A stretch of DNA of 64,000 nucleotides from Sphingobacteriales bacterium (GTDB lineage Bacteria; Bacteroidota; Bacteroidia; Chitinophagales; UBA2359): NCBI GenBank assembly GCA_016718845.1, contig JADKCK010000037.1, positions 1 to 64,000 of the forward strand. The letters are read 5' to 3'. Below are positions 1 to 9,958 of the stretch, one piece after another. Position 1 is the stretch's first letter, and each line of letters opens with the position of its first letter. The position numbers were made by a program, and so were the translations under genes. The notes beneath the pieces were generated by a model. It made no database searches and was not told the origin of the DNA. It worked only from the letters and a program-made list of their open reading frames with translations.

Positions 1-244
1 CAAACTATCTCAACAAAGCAAAAATAAGTTCGGTGGCTAAACGAAGTAAAAAATGAAGCAAAAGGTATAAAATGCAGCTAAAAATTATTTAGGCAGATAA
101 AAAATAACACTTATTTTTAGCAAAAACAAAAAAAGTACCTTGGCTTATTGTACCTTTGCATCATCAAAAATAAAAAAGTACTTATTTGTCAATGATGCTA
201 AAAATAAAAGGTATCATCAATTAATCCAAAACTAATTAACTACC

Positions 245-900
245 ATGACCAATAACAACACCCTTTAATAGAGTTACAATATATAGGCTCGATTGAATAT
301 TATGCACAACTGTTGCACTACCCCAACATCATCATCGAGCAACACGAACATTTTGAACGCTCTACTTTGCGCAACCGCACCTACATTGCCACCTCGAACA
401 ATGTGTTTGCCCTTGCCGTACCCCTCGAACACGGACGACAGCAGCGCTGCTCAGTAAAAAATGTGCGCATATCGTACAGCTACGCATGGCAGCGTCAACA
501 ATGGCATAGTTTAGAGGCAGCCTTTATAGGTCGTCGCCCTTTTTGAGTATTTCGAAGATTATTTCAAGCCTTTTTACGAAAAAACTACACCTTTTTGTGG
601 GATTATAACCACGATTTGTTGCAAACCATTTTGCGCATCATGCAATTAAAACTAAACATTAACTACACCACCGAGTACCACAAAGATTATGCGTTAATAG
701 ACCCACAAACGGTAGATTATCGCTCAAAATGTTACTCAAAAATTCCGTATCAAAATCTAAACACTGCCTATACGCCCCCCATCTACCACCAAGTATTTAC
801 CGACATTTATCCCTTTACGCCCAATCTTAGTATCGTAGATTTGTTGTTTAATACCGGTACAGATGCCGTTGGCTTACTGAAACAAAGTGTGAAAGGGTAG
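245..900 (+). pseudogene. WbqC-like family protein, split into three reading-frame pieces (ATG 245; ORFs 313..546 and 595..900) by apparent frameshifts at T runs (~262-266 and ~541-546)
   Basis: The conceptual translation PLIELQYIGSIEYYAQLLHYPNIIIEQHEHFERSTLRNRTYIATSNN...RISYSYAWQRQQWHSLEAAFIGRRPF continues in another frame as FEYFEDYFKPFYEKNYTFLWDYNHDLL...SIVDLLFNTGTD. This matches the WbqC-like family (PF08889) motif pattern. Frame changes coincide with cccttta and ccctttttg. Confidence 0.45.
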
Positions 901-1077
901 GAGAGGAGCAACAGGAAAGCGGAGGAACAAGAAACAAAAAATAGTTGATTAGATGTAACACCTTATTTAGTTGACAAGCAAAATCCCGCAAAACTTTGGT
1001 AGTTTTACGGGATTTTTGTTTAATCAAGGCTATTTGGGGCAATAATTCCTGTCGGCTGTCTATCCTCAAACAGTTAA

Positions 1078-3009
1078 TTATTTACCTTTGTCGTTGTTGA
1101 TGGTGCTATCGTTTTCTTTTTTGCCGCTTAAAATCTCAATCATTTTAAGCCCCATTAAGCCAGCCACGCCTCCTTGTTCGGAGTTGCCGCCGCTGATAAG
1201 TACCTCGGGGATAATTTTGATGTTGCCTTTCGAAATTTCTTCGATTACTTTTAGGCGAGTGAAAGAGTCGCTACCCAAAGCAGAAACGGCTAATTCGTAA
1301 GCTTCGGCAGTTGATTTACCGATGTCTAAAATCTTAGACGCTTCGGCTTTACCGGTTACTTCTATTCGTTCAGCTTCGGCTTGTGCGCGTAGTTTCACCG
1401 ATTCGGCATCGGCTTGCGCCCTCATTTTAATAGCCTCCGATTCGGCTTGTGCGCGCACCTTTAAGGCTTGCGATTCGGCGTCTACTTTTAGTTTTATGCT
1501 GCTTGCTTCGCCCTGTGTGCGTTTTACTTCGGCATCGGCGGTGCGGTCGGCAATTTCAACGCTTTGTTGGGCTTTCACAATTTCTTTTTGCATATCGGCA
1601 ATGGCGGTTTCTTTTTCCATGCCTTGTCGTTGTTCTTGTGCTTTTTGTTGCGTTTCGAAGGTAAATTTTTGTTCTTCGGCAATTTTACGGTCGGTAAGGG
1701 TTTTCATCAACGATTCGGGAGGGGTGATGTCGCCAATAAGGGTATCAACGGCGTTTACATTATACTCTTCGAGTACCTTGCGAATATGGTTTTTGGCAGA
1801 TTCTTGTCGTTCTTTACGGGCGCCTAAAAAGGCAATTACATCGCTGTCTTGTGCCGAGTTACGGAAATAATTACCAATAGTAGGTTCAAGTACCTGCGAC
1901 ACAAGGTTGTTCATGTTGCCAAATCGGGCAATAACTTTGGGTGCTTCGTTAGAGGGTACATGAATAATTTGCGACACATCGAGGTTAAACGGGAAACCAT
2001 CTTTTGACCTAACGGTTATGGTAGATAAGTGTTTGTCGAGTTGATGCGACTCGGTGCGTGCCGATGCCCAGTTAAGTACCAAGTTGGTAGTTGGTACTAA
2101 CTCTACGCGCATCGTAAATTTGTTGATGGGGTATTTGCCGGGTCCAAGCGGCTCGTTCCAAACGCCTTTTTCGCCTTTGTTTACAATGTTGCCATGTCTA
2201 AAATCAACGCCCGATGTATCTTGCCCTTCATCGCCAAAGAAAGAAATAACTACACCTACGTTACCAATAGGTATTTCGGTCATGTAGGTTTCTTCTACCT
2301 GCACTGCCCAGGGGTTTAGGTTGTAGCTACCCGCTAAAATTACCTGCGATTGCAAACCCTTAAAACCACCTTTATCTAAAAAAGCGTCCATGTCCTGAAA
2401 GCTATTATGACCCGCAACTACTCTGCCTGCAATTTGCCCTGCTGCGATAGGTTCGCCATCGAGGGTGGTGATAATGCCCACCATGTTGTCGTGAATTTGG
2501 GTCATGCCTACCATTGTAACATCAAACAAAAAGGTGTTGATACGATACGAGCCTGCGGTGATGTAGTTAGATTGTCTACCTTTTTGTCCGCCGTTTTGTA
2601 AAAAAGCTTCGGCATCTTGGTAGTTATCCGATACTACTTTGCGTGCCAAGATGTGTCCAGTTGGTATCTCTCTGCCGTCTTTTGCCATTACTAAACCAAT
2701 CATACCTTGCTCTACAATAGTAAAAGGTTGCATGGTAATGTCGTATTGCCAAAACCACATACCAAAGTAAAGCCCTGGTGCAAGGGTGTTAGCCTGATAA
2801 CCTGCCTCGCCTTTGGTAGCAATAATTTTGCCGTTGGGTAACTCTTTGTTATCGCCAAACAACACAAATTTTTTGGTTACTAAACCCAATCTGTCTTCGG
2901 GTACGATGACCATGCCAAAGAAAACGCGTAAGATAAATTTGTACGAGATAAGCGCTATTAGTATTAGCGGTATCCAGCCATAAGTTAAAAGAATGGAAAT
3001 GGGATCCAT
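1078..3009 (-). CDS. flotillin family protein (SPFH/band-7 domain with AEA-rich C-terminal coiled coil; YqiK-like)
   Basis: The ORF has an N-terminal TM segment, an SPFH-like core and a long E/A/K/Q-rich coiled-coil region (AEEQKFTFETQQKAQEQRQG...AQAESEAIKMRAQADAE). The start was trimmed to MDPISILL (ATG at 3007-3009) within ORF 1078..3057. Confidence 0.75.
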   Translation of the reverse strand: MDPISILLTYGWIPLILIALISYKFILRVFFGMVIVPEDRLGLVTKKFVLFGDNKELPNGKIIATKGEAGYQANTLAPGLYFGMWFWQYDITMQPFTIVEQGMIGLVMAKDGREIPTGHILARKVVSDNYQDAEAFLQNGGQKGRQSNYITAGSYRINTFLFDVTMVGMTQIHDNMVGIITTLDGEPIAAGQIAGRVVAGHNSFQDMDAFLDKGGFKGLQSQVILAGSYNLNPWAVQVEETYMTEIPIGNVGVVISFFGDEGQDTSGVDFRHGNIVNKGEKGVWNEPLGPGKYPINKFTMRVELVPTTNLVLNWASARTESHQLDKHLSTITVRSKDGFPFNLDVSQIIHVPSNEAPKVIARFGNMNNLVSQVLEPTIGNYFRNSAQDSDVIAFLGARKERQESAKNHIRKVLEEYNVNAVDTLIGDITPPESLMKTLTDRKIAEEQKFTFETQQKAQEQRQGMEKETAIADMQKEIVKAQQSVEIADRTADAEVKRTQGEASSIKLKVDAESQALKVRAQAESEAIKMRAQADAESVKLRAQAEAERIEVTGKAEASKILDIGKSTAEAYELAVSALGSDSFTRLKVIEEISKGNIKIIPEVLISGGNSEQGGVAGLMGLKMIEILSGKKENDSTINNDKGK

Positions 3010-3130
3010 GATGAAATGAATTTTTAAAAGTGAATTGTGCTGCACATAAGTATACAACTATTTGGCACAAAATAAAGTTCCAATAAAACGCAATTTTGTA
3101 ATAATTTTGTAAATTACCCAAAAAAGCGTA

Positions 3131-3138
3131 CTTTTGCG
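3131..3138 (+). promoter_or_regulatory. candidate Bacteroidota sigma-A -7 element TAnnTTTG (tacttttg), about 13 bp upstream of the ATPase start
   Basis: The motif tacttttg matches the Bacteroidetes -7 consensus TAnnTTTG and lies in an AT-rich leader. It is a motif only, with no -33 element checked. Confidence 0.3.
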
Positions 3139-3150
3139 GAAAAATAAGCC

Positions 3151-4440
3151 ATGAAAATCCAATCTATTGATTTGCTCAACTATAGGGCGTTTGAGAAATT
3201 ACACATCACTTTTCCAGAAACCAATGTAGCTGTTTTTGTTGGCGAAAACGGAAAGGGCAAATCATCGGTTTTAGATGCTATTGCGGTGTTGCTTAGTCAG
3301 TTAGTGGTGGCGTTCCATGATAGTTTTTCGATAAAAGCTAATAGTAAAGAAATGCCCCAACTATTAGATACAGACATACGCTTACATCAAAACACAACAA
3401 CGCTAAGTATTAATGTAACGGACAATAACAAACAGTATGATTGGGAAATAAGTAAACATAGCTTACTAAATGCCAAATTAAATGATGATGCAAATTTGCC
3501 AACCGATAGGCTTTTTAGGTTAGGCAAAAATTATCCTGTATTAACTTATTACAACACTAACAGAAAATACCTGAAAGATAAAACAACTTTTACAGAATCT
3601 GTATCGATGTATCGTTTCTCACCAGTTTTGCTGTATCGCAATGCTTTAAAATCAAACATTGATGCTTTCGATGATTTTGTGAACTGGTTTCGGTTGAAAG
3701 AGGACAGAGAAAACGAACAAATACGCCGTGAAAAGAATTTTGATTTGCTGAACCCCGAATTAGAAGTAATCCGAAAAACCATTGAAATTTTTTTTCGTAA
3801 CCTACACAATGCCGACTATAGCAAATTGCGCATCGAGCGTTATTATCAGGGACAAGTAGATTTAAGAAACAGCCAATTAATGGTGACAAAAAACGGATTA
3901 GATTTTGAAGTAGCCCAACTATCCGACGGCGAAAAAGTGTTGATGCTAATGGTTTGTGATATTGCAAGGCGTTTGGCTATCGCAAACGAACATGCTAATG
4001 ATACTTCGCTAAACGATGGCATTGTGTTGATTGATGAAATTGAATTGCATTTACACCCGCGCTGGCAACGACAAATTATATCGGCACTGCGCAACACTTT
4101 CCCTAACATTCAGTTTATCATCACCACGCACTCGCCCCAAGTGTTAAGCGAAATTAAACAAAACGAACTATTTATTTTGGCAGATAACCAAGTGTATCAA
4201 CCATCTACCAACCCAATTGGCAGAGATACAAATGCTATTTTGGAAGAAATAATGGGTACAAGTAAACGCCCCCAAGTGATAGAAGACCTATCGGAGCAAT
4301 ATTTTTCGTTTATCAACCAACAATTATGGGCAGATGCCGAAAACACTAAACGCCAATTATTGGCAATATTAGATGCAACCGACCCTATATTTGCTCGAGC
4401 CGAAGCACTTATCAGTCGCAAAAAAATGTTGACAAGATGA
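3151..4440 (+). CDS. ABC/SMC-type AAA family ATPase (AAA_15/AAA_21-like; PtuA-like)
   Basis: Walker A GENGKGKSS is at the N-terminus (MKIQSIDLLNYRAFEKLHITF...). An ABC signature-like LSDGEKVLML is present, followed by Walker B/D-loop IVLIDEIELHLHP and H-loop FIITTHSP. The gene overlaps the downstream HNH gene by 4 bp (ATGA). Confidence 0.7.
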   Translation: MKIQSIDLLNYRAFEKLHITFPETNVAVFVGENGKGKSSVLDAIAVLLSQLVVAFHDSFSIKANSKEMPQLLDTDIRLHQNTTTLSINVTDNNKQYDWEISKHSLLNAKLNDDANLPTDRLFRLGKNYPVLTYYNTNRKYLKDKTTFTESVSMYRFSPVLLYRNALKSNIDAFDDFVNWFRLKEDRENEQIRREKNFDLLNPELEVIRKTIEIFFRNLHNADYSKLRIERYYQGQVDLRNSQLMVTKNGLDFEVAQLSDGEKVLMLMVCDIARRLAIANEHANDTSLNDGIVLIDEIELHLHPRWQRQIISALRNTFPNIQFIITTHSPQVLSEIKQNELFILADNQVYQPSTNPIGRDTNAILEEIMGTSKRPQVIEDLSEQYFSFINQQLWADAENTKRQLLAILDATDPIFARAEALISRKKMLTR

Positions 4441-5169
4441 AGTATATCGTAAAAAACTACCCAGAGCCAGCCACTTTTACGGCATGGAAACAACGCAAAA
4501 AATTAACCAAAAACGATTTACTACGAAAAACGCGCTTACAAAAAGAGCAAGGCGAAATTTGGAAAACATTCACAAAATCGAAAGAAAAAAACAACCTTAA
4601 AGAATCGTTGCTCAACGAACAGGGTTTTTTGTGTTGCTACTGCCAACAACAACTACACCTAAACGAAAACACCCAAATAGAACATTTAGCGCCTCGTGGT
4701 GTAGATGCCCTAAAAATGCTTGACTACGATAACCTACTTGCAGCCTGCAATGGGGGGCAGCCCGAACGCGAACAACGCAAAGGGTAATGCTATTGAGCGT
4801 CAACCCAAATACTGTGGACATGCCAAAGCCAATTACATTTTAGCAATTACTCCTTTAGACAAGGATTGTGAAACCCATTTTTACTACGAAATTCAAGACG
4901 ACACGGGTAGTATACTTGACGTTAAAGTGTGGATAAGAAGCAGTAGCACAGAAGGTAAAGATGCCATTGACAAACTAAACCTAAATACCCCAAAATTGCT
5001 TGCTTTACGAGGACAAGCTATTGCCGCATGGATTTATGATGAACAACAAATCTATATCAGCCCGCAAGAAGCCCAGCAAATATTAACACAAATCAACCAC
5101 ACTAATCACAAACCATTTGTGCCTTTTTGCGCCGTACTCCAATCAATATTGCAATGGCTTAGTCAATAA
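4437..5169 (+). CDS. HNH endonuclease (TIGR02646-like, PtuB-like), reading frame broken at a G6 run (4752-4757)
   Basis: Frame 0 gives CCYCQQQLHLNENTQIEHLAPRG...NLLAACNGGQ, then stops. Frame +1 continues AMGGSPNANNAKGNAIE, completing the HNH C-x2-C...H...C-N-x2-KGN motif. The combined length is about 244 aa. Confidence 0.55.
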
Positions 5170-5184
5170 CATTCGCATCTTTTA

Positions 5185-5259
5185 CCCACCCCTGCCCCTC
5201 CAAAGAGGGGAATTTATTTACCATTTACTTTTACCCACCCCTGCCCCTCCCAAGAGGGA
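5185..5259 (+). repeat. two copies of a GC-rich hairpin mini-element (CCCCTGCCCCTCC-AAAG-AGGGG) in a direct repeat of about 50 bp
   Basis: cccacccctgcccctccaaagaggggaatttatttacca occurs twice (5185-5210 and 5234-5258). Members of the same family occur at 19406, 37866-38010, 42353 and 49143. Confidence 0.5.
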
Positions 5260-5293
5260 ATTTATTTACAATTTACCATTTACAATTAAAAAA

Positions 5294-6268
5294 GTGTATT
5301 ACAACAACATCTTACAAACCATTGGCAACACGCCACTTGTTAAACTTAACAACATTACCAAAGACATACCCGCTACCATATTAGCCAAAGTAGAGTTTTT
5401 TAACCCGGGCAACTCTATAAAAGACCGCATGGCACTAAAAATGTTAGAGGTAGCCGAGCAAGAAGGACGCATAAAACCGGGCGGCACTATCATCGAATGC
5501 ACATCGGGCAATACAGGTATGGGCTTGGCATTGGCGGCTATCATAAAAGGCTACAAATGTGTGTTTACCACCACCGATAAACAATCGAAAGAAAAAATGG
5601 ACATTTTGCGCGCCGTAGGTGCCGAAGTACACATCTGCCCCACCAACGTAGAACCCGACGACCCCCGCTCGTATTACTCGGTGGCACGCCGCTTGGCAGC
5701 CGAAATACCCAACTCGTTGCACCTAAACCAATACGACAACTTAGCCAACCGACAAGCCCACTACGAAACAACAGGTCCCGAAATTTGGCAACAAACCGAA
5801 GGCAAAATAACCCATTTGGTAGTAGCCACAGGTACGGGCGGAACCATAACCGGCACAGCTATGTACCTAAAAGAGAAAAACCCAAACATTAAAGTGTGGG
5901 CTATTGATGTGTTTGGCTCGTTGCTAAAAAAATACCACGAAACAGGCGAGTTAGATATGTCGCAGGTACATGCCTACGTAACCGAAGGTATTGGCGAAGA
6001 TTTTGTACCCGAAAATTACGACTTTTCGCTGATTGATAAATTTGAACAAGTAACCGACAAAGACGGAGCCGTAATGGCTAGGCGTATTGCCAAAGAAGAA
6101 GGTATCTTTGTGGGCTACTCGGCAGGTACCGCCCTGCAAGGTATTATGCAACTTAAAGACGAACTAAAAGAAGGCGATGTAGTAGTAGTTGTTTTTCACG
6201 ACCACGGCAGCCGCTACATAGGCAAAATTTACAACGACGACTGGATGCGCGAAAAAGGTTCAACTTAA
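5294..6268 (+). CDS. cysteine synthase / cystathionine beta-synthase family PLP-dependent enzyme
   Basis: The protein has TIGNTPLVKLN, NPGNSIKDRMA (PLP lysine motif), TSGNTGMGLA and ATGTGGTITG. The start was placed at GTG 5294 after the repeat element. The ORF extends to 5117 but covers the repeat. Confidence 0.7.
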   Translation: MYYNNILQTIGNTPLVKLNNITKDIPATILAKVEFFNPGNSIKDRMALKMLEVAEQEGRIKPGGTIIECTSGNTGMGLALAAIIKGYKCVFTTTDKQSKEKMDILRAVGAEVHICPTNVEPDDPRSYYSVARRLAAEIPNSLHLNQYDNLANRQAHYETTGPEIWQQTEGKITHLVVATGTGGTITGTAMYLKEKNPNIKVWAIDVFGSLLKKYHETGELDMSQVHAYVTEGIGEDFVPENYDFSLIDKFEQVTDKDGAVMARRIAKEEGIFVGYSAGTALQGIMQLKDELKEGDVVVVVFHDHGSRYIGKIYNDDWMREKGST

Positions 6269-6569
6269 TACGGGATAAATAAAAGCAACCGGGAGTTGGG
6301 CTATCAACAAATACCGAATACCACAATTGACATTGATTGAATACCCGACAATATTAGTTTGTGACTTATATGGGGTAAACTCAAAAAATTTTACCACAGA
6401 TGATTTGACTAACTACTAAGCAACCAACCAAAAAAAACATAGCCCCTATTAATGTGTATTGACTTATTTGGGGTCAGCTATTCTCTGTGTCTTTGTTGTA
6501 AAACACGGTTTAAAAGAAGAAATAACAATTAGCAACTAAAACAATTCATCAATCATCATTCATAAAATT

Positions 6570-9275
6570 ATGCACCAAAAACATTTACTCCTCTCATTCG
6601 TGCTATTGTTTTTTGCCTCGCTAAATAGCTTGGGGCAAGCCCTAACTATTAGGGGCACTGTCACCGACGGCTCGACGGGGCAACCGCTGATAAGCGTTAG
6701 TATTGGCTTAAAAGGAACCGAAAAAGGTACTTTTACCGACATGGACGGTAAATACCAAATTAAGGTACCCGATGCAAATGCCGTTTTAATTTTTTCGATG
6801 TTGGGCTACGAAAAACTCGAAAAACCGGTTAATAACCTAACTACCGTTGATGTAGAACTTAAATCGAGCTGGATGGAGCTAAACGATGTGGTTATTGTAG
6901 GTAGCCGCAACCTTAGCCGCACCCGCCTCGAAACGCCCGTGCCTATTGATGTAATTGACATTAGAGCATTGCAAAAAAACACTGCTCAAACCGATATTAG
7001 TCAATTGCTAACCAATACCGCACCCGCTTTTACCTCTAATCGCCAATCGGCATCGGATGGTACCGAACACATAGACCCCGCCGTTTTGCGCGGTTTAGGA
7101 CCCGACCAAACATTGGTGCTTATTAACAGCAAACGCCGACACACCACCTCTTTGGTTAATAATCAATCAACATTGGGCAATGGCTCGGTAGGTACCGACT
7201 TTAGCGCCATACCCATGACCGCCATTGACCGTATCGAGATTTTGCGCGATGGGGCATCGGCACAATATGGCTCAGATGCTATTGCAGGGGTAGTAAACTT
7301 GGTGCTGCGCAAAGACAGAGGTTTTAATGCCAATGTTGCAGGGGGTATCAGCGACCGAAACGACGGAGCATTGACCCAACTTGGTTTGTATTACGGTTTT
7401 AACGTAGGGCAAAAAGGTGGCTTTTTAAGCCTAACCGCCGAAGGTTTGTTGCGCAATAAAACTAATCGCACTCAAAATCACGACCTAATCATTTTCGACC
7501 AATCGGCATTAGGCAACTATTTCGCCTACGATTTTACCGAAAATCCCGATGCCTCGCGCGCCTACGACGACAGTGTATTGGTTGCTAACGACTTAACCCG
7601 AGACGACTTTAATTTTCAGGTAGGCGATGCCCGTATTAAAAACGGAGCCGCATTTTATAACTTTACACTGCCTTTAAACGAAAAAAGCCTTATCCTATAC
7701 TCCTTTGGTGGCTTAAACCTTCGTCGAGGTACAGGCTACGGCTTCCGCCGATTGCCCAGCGAGTACGAAAACAATGTGCCTCAAATATTCCCGTTTGGAT
7801 TTCAACCCGAGCTTGCCTCAAAAATATTAGATGGCTCAAGCGCACTTGGCTTGCGTTGGGCATTGGGCAAATGGAACTTTGACCTAAGTAATACCTTTGG
7901 TACCAACAAATTTGACTATACCGTTAACAACAGCGTTAATGCTACTATGGATACCCTAAGCCCTACATCGTTTGAAGCAGGCGGACACCAATTTTCGCAA
8001 AACACCACCAACTTCGATGTGTCGAAAAAATATGCCGACATATTGGCAGGTGTTAACGTGGCTTTAGGTGCCGAGTATAGACTAGAAAACTACAAAATAC
8101 GCGAAGGCGACCCCCAATCGTATGCCCGATACGAGATAGCCCCCGATAAAACACCCGGTGCACAATCGTTTCCGGGTTTTTCGCCCAATAATGCCGTAGA
8201 TGAAAGCCGCTCAAATGCAGCCGGATACCTAGACCTAGAAATAGACTTTACCAAAAGCTTTATGATTGGCGGAGCCATGAGATACGAAAACTACAGCGAC
8301 TTTGGCAATACCTTTAACTACAAAGCTGCCTCGCGATTAAATGTTACCAAATGGCTTAGTTTGCGTGGCTCGGTAAGTACAGGTTTTAGGGCTCCGTCGT
8401 TGCACCAACAGTTTTTTAATACCGTCATCACCGATTTTGTAGATGGTATTCCGCTTCAAGCAGGTATTTTCCGTAACGACAGCGAGGTAGCCAAACTATT
8501 AGGCATACCCAAACTAACCGAAGAGAAATCGCGCAACTTTGGCGTAGGTATTACCCTTAGCCCAGCTAAAAACTTTAGCATATCTGTTGATGCTTACCGC
8601 GTACTTGTAGACGACCGTATTGTGCTAACCGGCGATTTGGGCTACAGCCCATACGGCGACCCCATACCCGAAGTGCAAGCTATTTTTAATAATGTAGGAG
8701 CCAACAGCGGACGCTTTTTTGTGAACGGCGTAAATACACAAACCGACGGACTAGATATTGTAGCCACCTACAACGTATTGTTGAACGAAAGTAGCAAACT
8801 AGATTTTTCGTTGGCAGCTAACCTAAACAAAACCCAAGTAGTAGGCGGCATACAAAACATACCTACTATATTAAATCAACAACAAGAAACCTATTTCTAC
8901 GAAACTTATTTTAGCTCCAAAGAACGTAGCTTAATAGAAACAAACGCTCCGCGCAGCAAAGTTAATTTTACCATTAACTACAACCTAAATAAATTGTCGG
9001 TGATGTTGCGCAATATTTATTGGGGAGAAGTAACCCGCGACGAATTTCCGTTTGGAACAACACAACTCCACAAAGGCAAAGTTACTACCGACTTATCTTT
9101 GGGCTACGACATCATCAAACAACTAAACTTATCGGTGGGTGTAAATAATTTACTTGATAAGTTCCCCGACCAACAAGTGTACGAAAATAGTTACTTTGGT
9201 GTGTTTAAATATGCACCCGTGCAAATGGGTACAATGGGGCGTTTTTACTTTGCCCGCTTAACCCTTAAACTGTAA
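6570..9275 (+). CDS. TonB-dependent outer membrane receptor (SusC/CarbopepD_reg-like N-terminus, plug and barrel)
   Basis: A signal peptide is followed by the carboxypeptidase-regulatory-like LTIRGTVTDGSTGQPL. The plug motifs (DGTEHIDPAVLRGLG, RILRDGASAQYGSDAIAGVVN) and a C-terminal aromatic end (RFYFARLTLKL) are present. Confidence 0.8.
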   Translation: MHQKHLLLSFVLLFFASLNSLGQALTIRGTVTDGSTGQPLISVSIGLKGTEKGTFTDMDGKYQIKVPDANAVLIFSMLGYEKLEKPVNNLTTVDVELKSSWMELNDVVIVGSRNLSRTRLETPVPIDVIDIRALQKNTAQTDISQLLTNTAPAFTSNRQSASDGTEHIDPAVLRGLGPDQTLVLINSKRRHTTSLVNNQSTLGNGSVGTDFSAIPMTAIDRIEILRDGASAQYGSDAIAGVVNLVLRKDRGFNANVAGGISDRNDGALTQLGLYYGFNVGQKGGFLSLTAEGLLRNKTNRTQNHDLIIFDQSALGNYFAYDFTENPDASRAYDDSVLVANDLTRDDFNFQVGDARIKNGAAFYNFTLPLNEKSLILYSFGGLNLRRGTGYGFRRLPSEYENNVPQIFPFGFQPELASKILDGSSALGLRWALGKWNFDLSNTFGTNKFDYTVNNSVNATMDTLSPTSFEAGGHQFSQNTTNFDVSKKYADILAGVNVALGAEYRLENYKIREGDPQSYARYEIAPDKTPGAQSFPGFSPNNAVDESRSNAAGYLDLEIDFTKSFMIGGAMRYENYSDFGNTFNYKAASRLNVTKWLSLRGSVSTGFRAPSLHQQFFNTVITDFVDGIPLQAGIFRNDSEVAKLLGIPKLTEEKSRNFGVGITLSPAKNFSISVDAYRVLVDDRIVLTGDLGYSPYGDPIPEVQAIFNNVGANSGRFFVNGVNTQTDGLDIVATYNVLLNESSKLDFSLAANLNKTQVVGGIQNIPTILNQQQETYFYETYFSSKERSLIETNAPRSKVNFTINYNLNKLSVMLRNIYWGEVTRDEFPFGTTQLHKGKVTTDLSLGYDIIKQLNLSVGVNNLLDKFPDQQVYENSYFGVFKYAPVQMGTMGRFYFARLTLKL

Positions 9276-9327
9276 TAGGGTTTAAGCGCTACTACCTATA
9301 CAACCTAACAACACAAAAACTAAAAAC

Positions 9328-9375
9328 GCAATGGGCTTAAAGATACTATCTCTTTAAGCCCATTGCATTTTGTTT
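9328..9375. terminator. bidirectional rho-independent terminator (perfect 16-bp stem)
   Basis: The hairpin is gcaatgggcttaaaga-tactatc-tctttaagcccattgc, followed by attttgttt. It lies between convergent genes ending at 9275 (+) and 9384 (-). Confidence 0.55.
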
Positions 9376-9383
9376 ACAAGGCA

Positions 9384-9800
9384 TTAAGGCTGTCGTTTGC
9401 GCCACTCGTCCAAACTAAGCACCTCGCCCGACACAATATCCTCTACTTTTACCTCCAATGTTTTGGCATCAACATAAAACAGGTAATAGGTTTCAAAACG
9501 GGTGTCGCCGTCGTAGCCCACCTTTACCGAAAAATAAGGTACGCCATCGGCGGGGCGTTCTACAATCATCAGTGCCACCCCTTTTTTATGCTCCGACAAA
9601 GAATCTATCTGTCGGTTACTTTCTTGCACTTCGGCAATGCCCATAATGCGGTCAAGTACCTTGTCGTCGGTGGGTAAGTTGGTGGTATCAATACCTTTGT
9701 TTTCGTAAACGGTGGTTTGCGGAGCTTGTTTAACCGTTGGCTCGCAAGCCACAAAAAACAACGCAATGCCTATGCACAGGCTAAAACAACATTTTTTCAT
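9384..9800 (-). CDS. hypothetical lipoprotein
   Basis: MKKCCFSLCIGIALFFVAC is a lipoprotein signal peptide with a lipobox-like Cys. The start was trimmed to ATG 9800 within ORF 9384..10025. No recognisable domain. Confidence 0.5.
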   Translation of the reverse strand: MKKCCFSLCIGIALFFVACEPTVKQAPQTTVYENKGIDTTNLPTDDKVLDRIMGIAEVQESNRQIDSLSEHKKGVALMIVERPADGVPYFSVKVGYDGDTRFETYYLFYVDAKTLEVKVEDIVSGEVLSLDEWRKRQP

Positions 9801-9930
9801 GAGCAAGTTTTTTTTGAAATGATGAAGGATAAATGGCGAACGATAATAATGACACAACAACAATTTAAGCAACTTATGCCCTGTCCGTATATTTCCACCT
9901 TTTATGCCACAAAAGTCGTAAAAAAATTTG

Positions 9931-9938
9931 TACTTTTG
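9931..9938 (+). promoter_or_regulatory. candidate -7 element TAnnTTTG (tacttttg) 21 bp upstream of rpe
   Basis: The same octamer precedes the ATPase gene at 3131. It matches the Bacteroidota sigma-A -7 motif. Confidence 0.3.
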
Positions 9939-9958
9939 TGCCGTCAAACAAAAAAAAC

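Noticed and set aside
313-1069. Separate small genes 313..546 and 595..900, plus the antisense ORF 848..1069
   Set aside because: The first two are consecutive frames of one WbqC-like gene split at a T5 run. The antisense ORF has no support.
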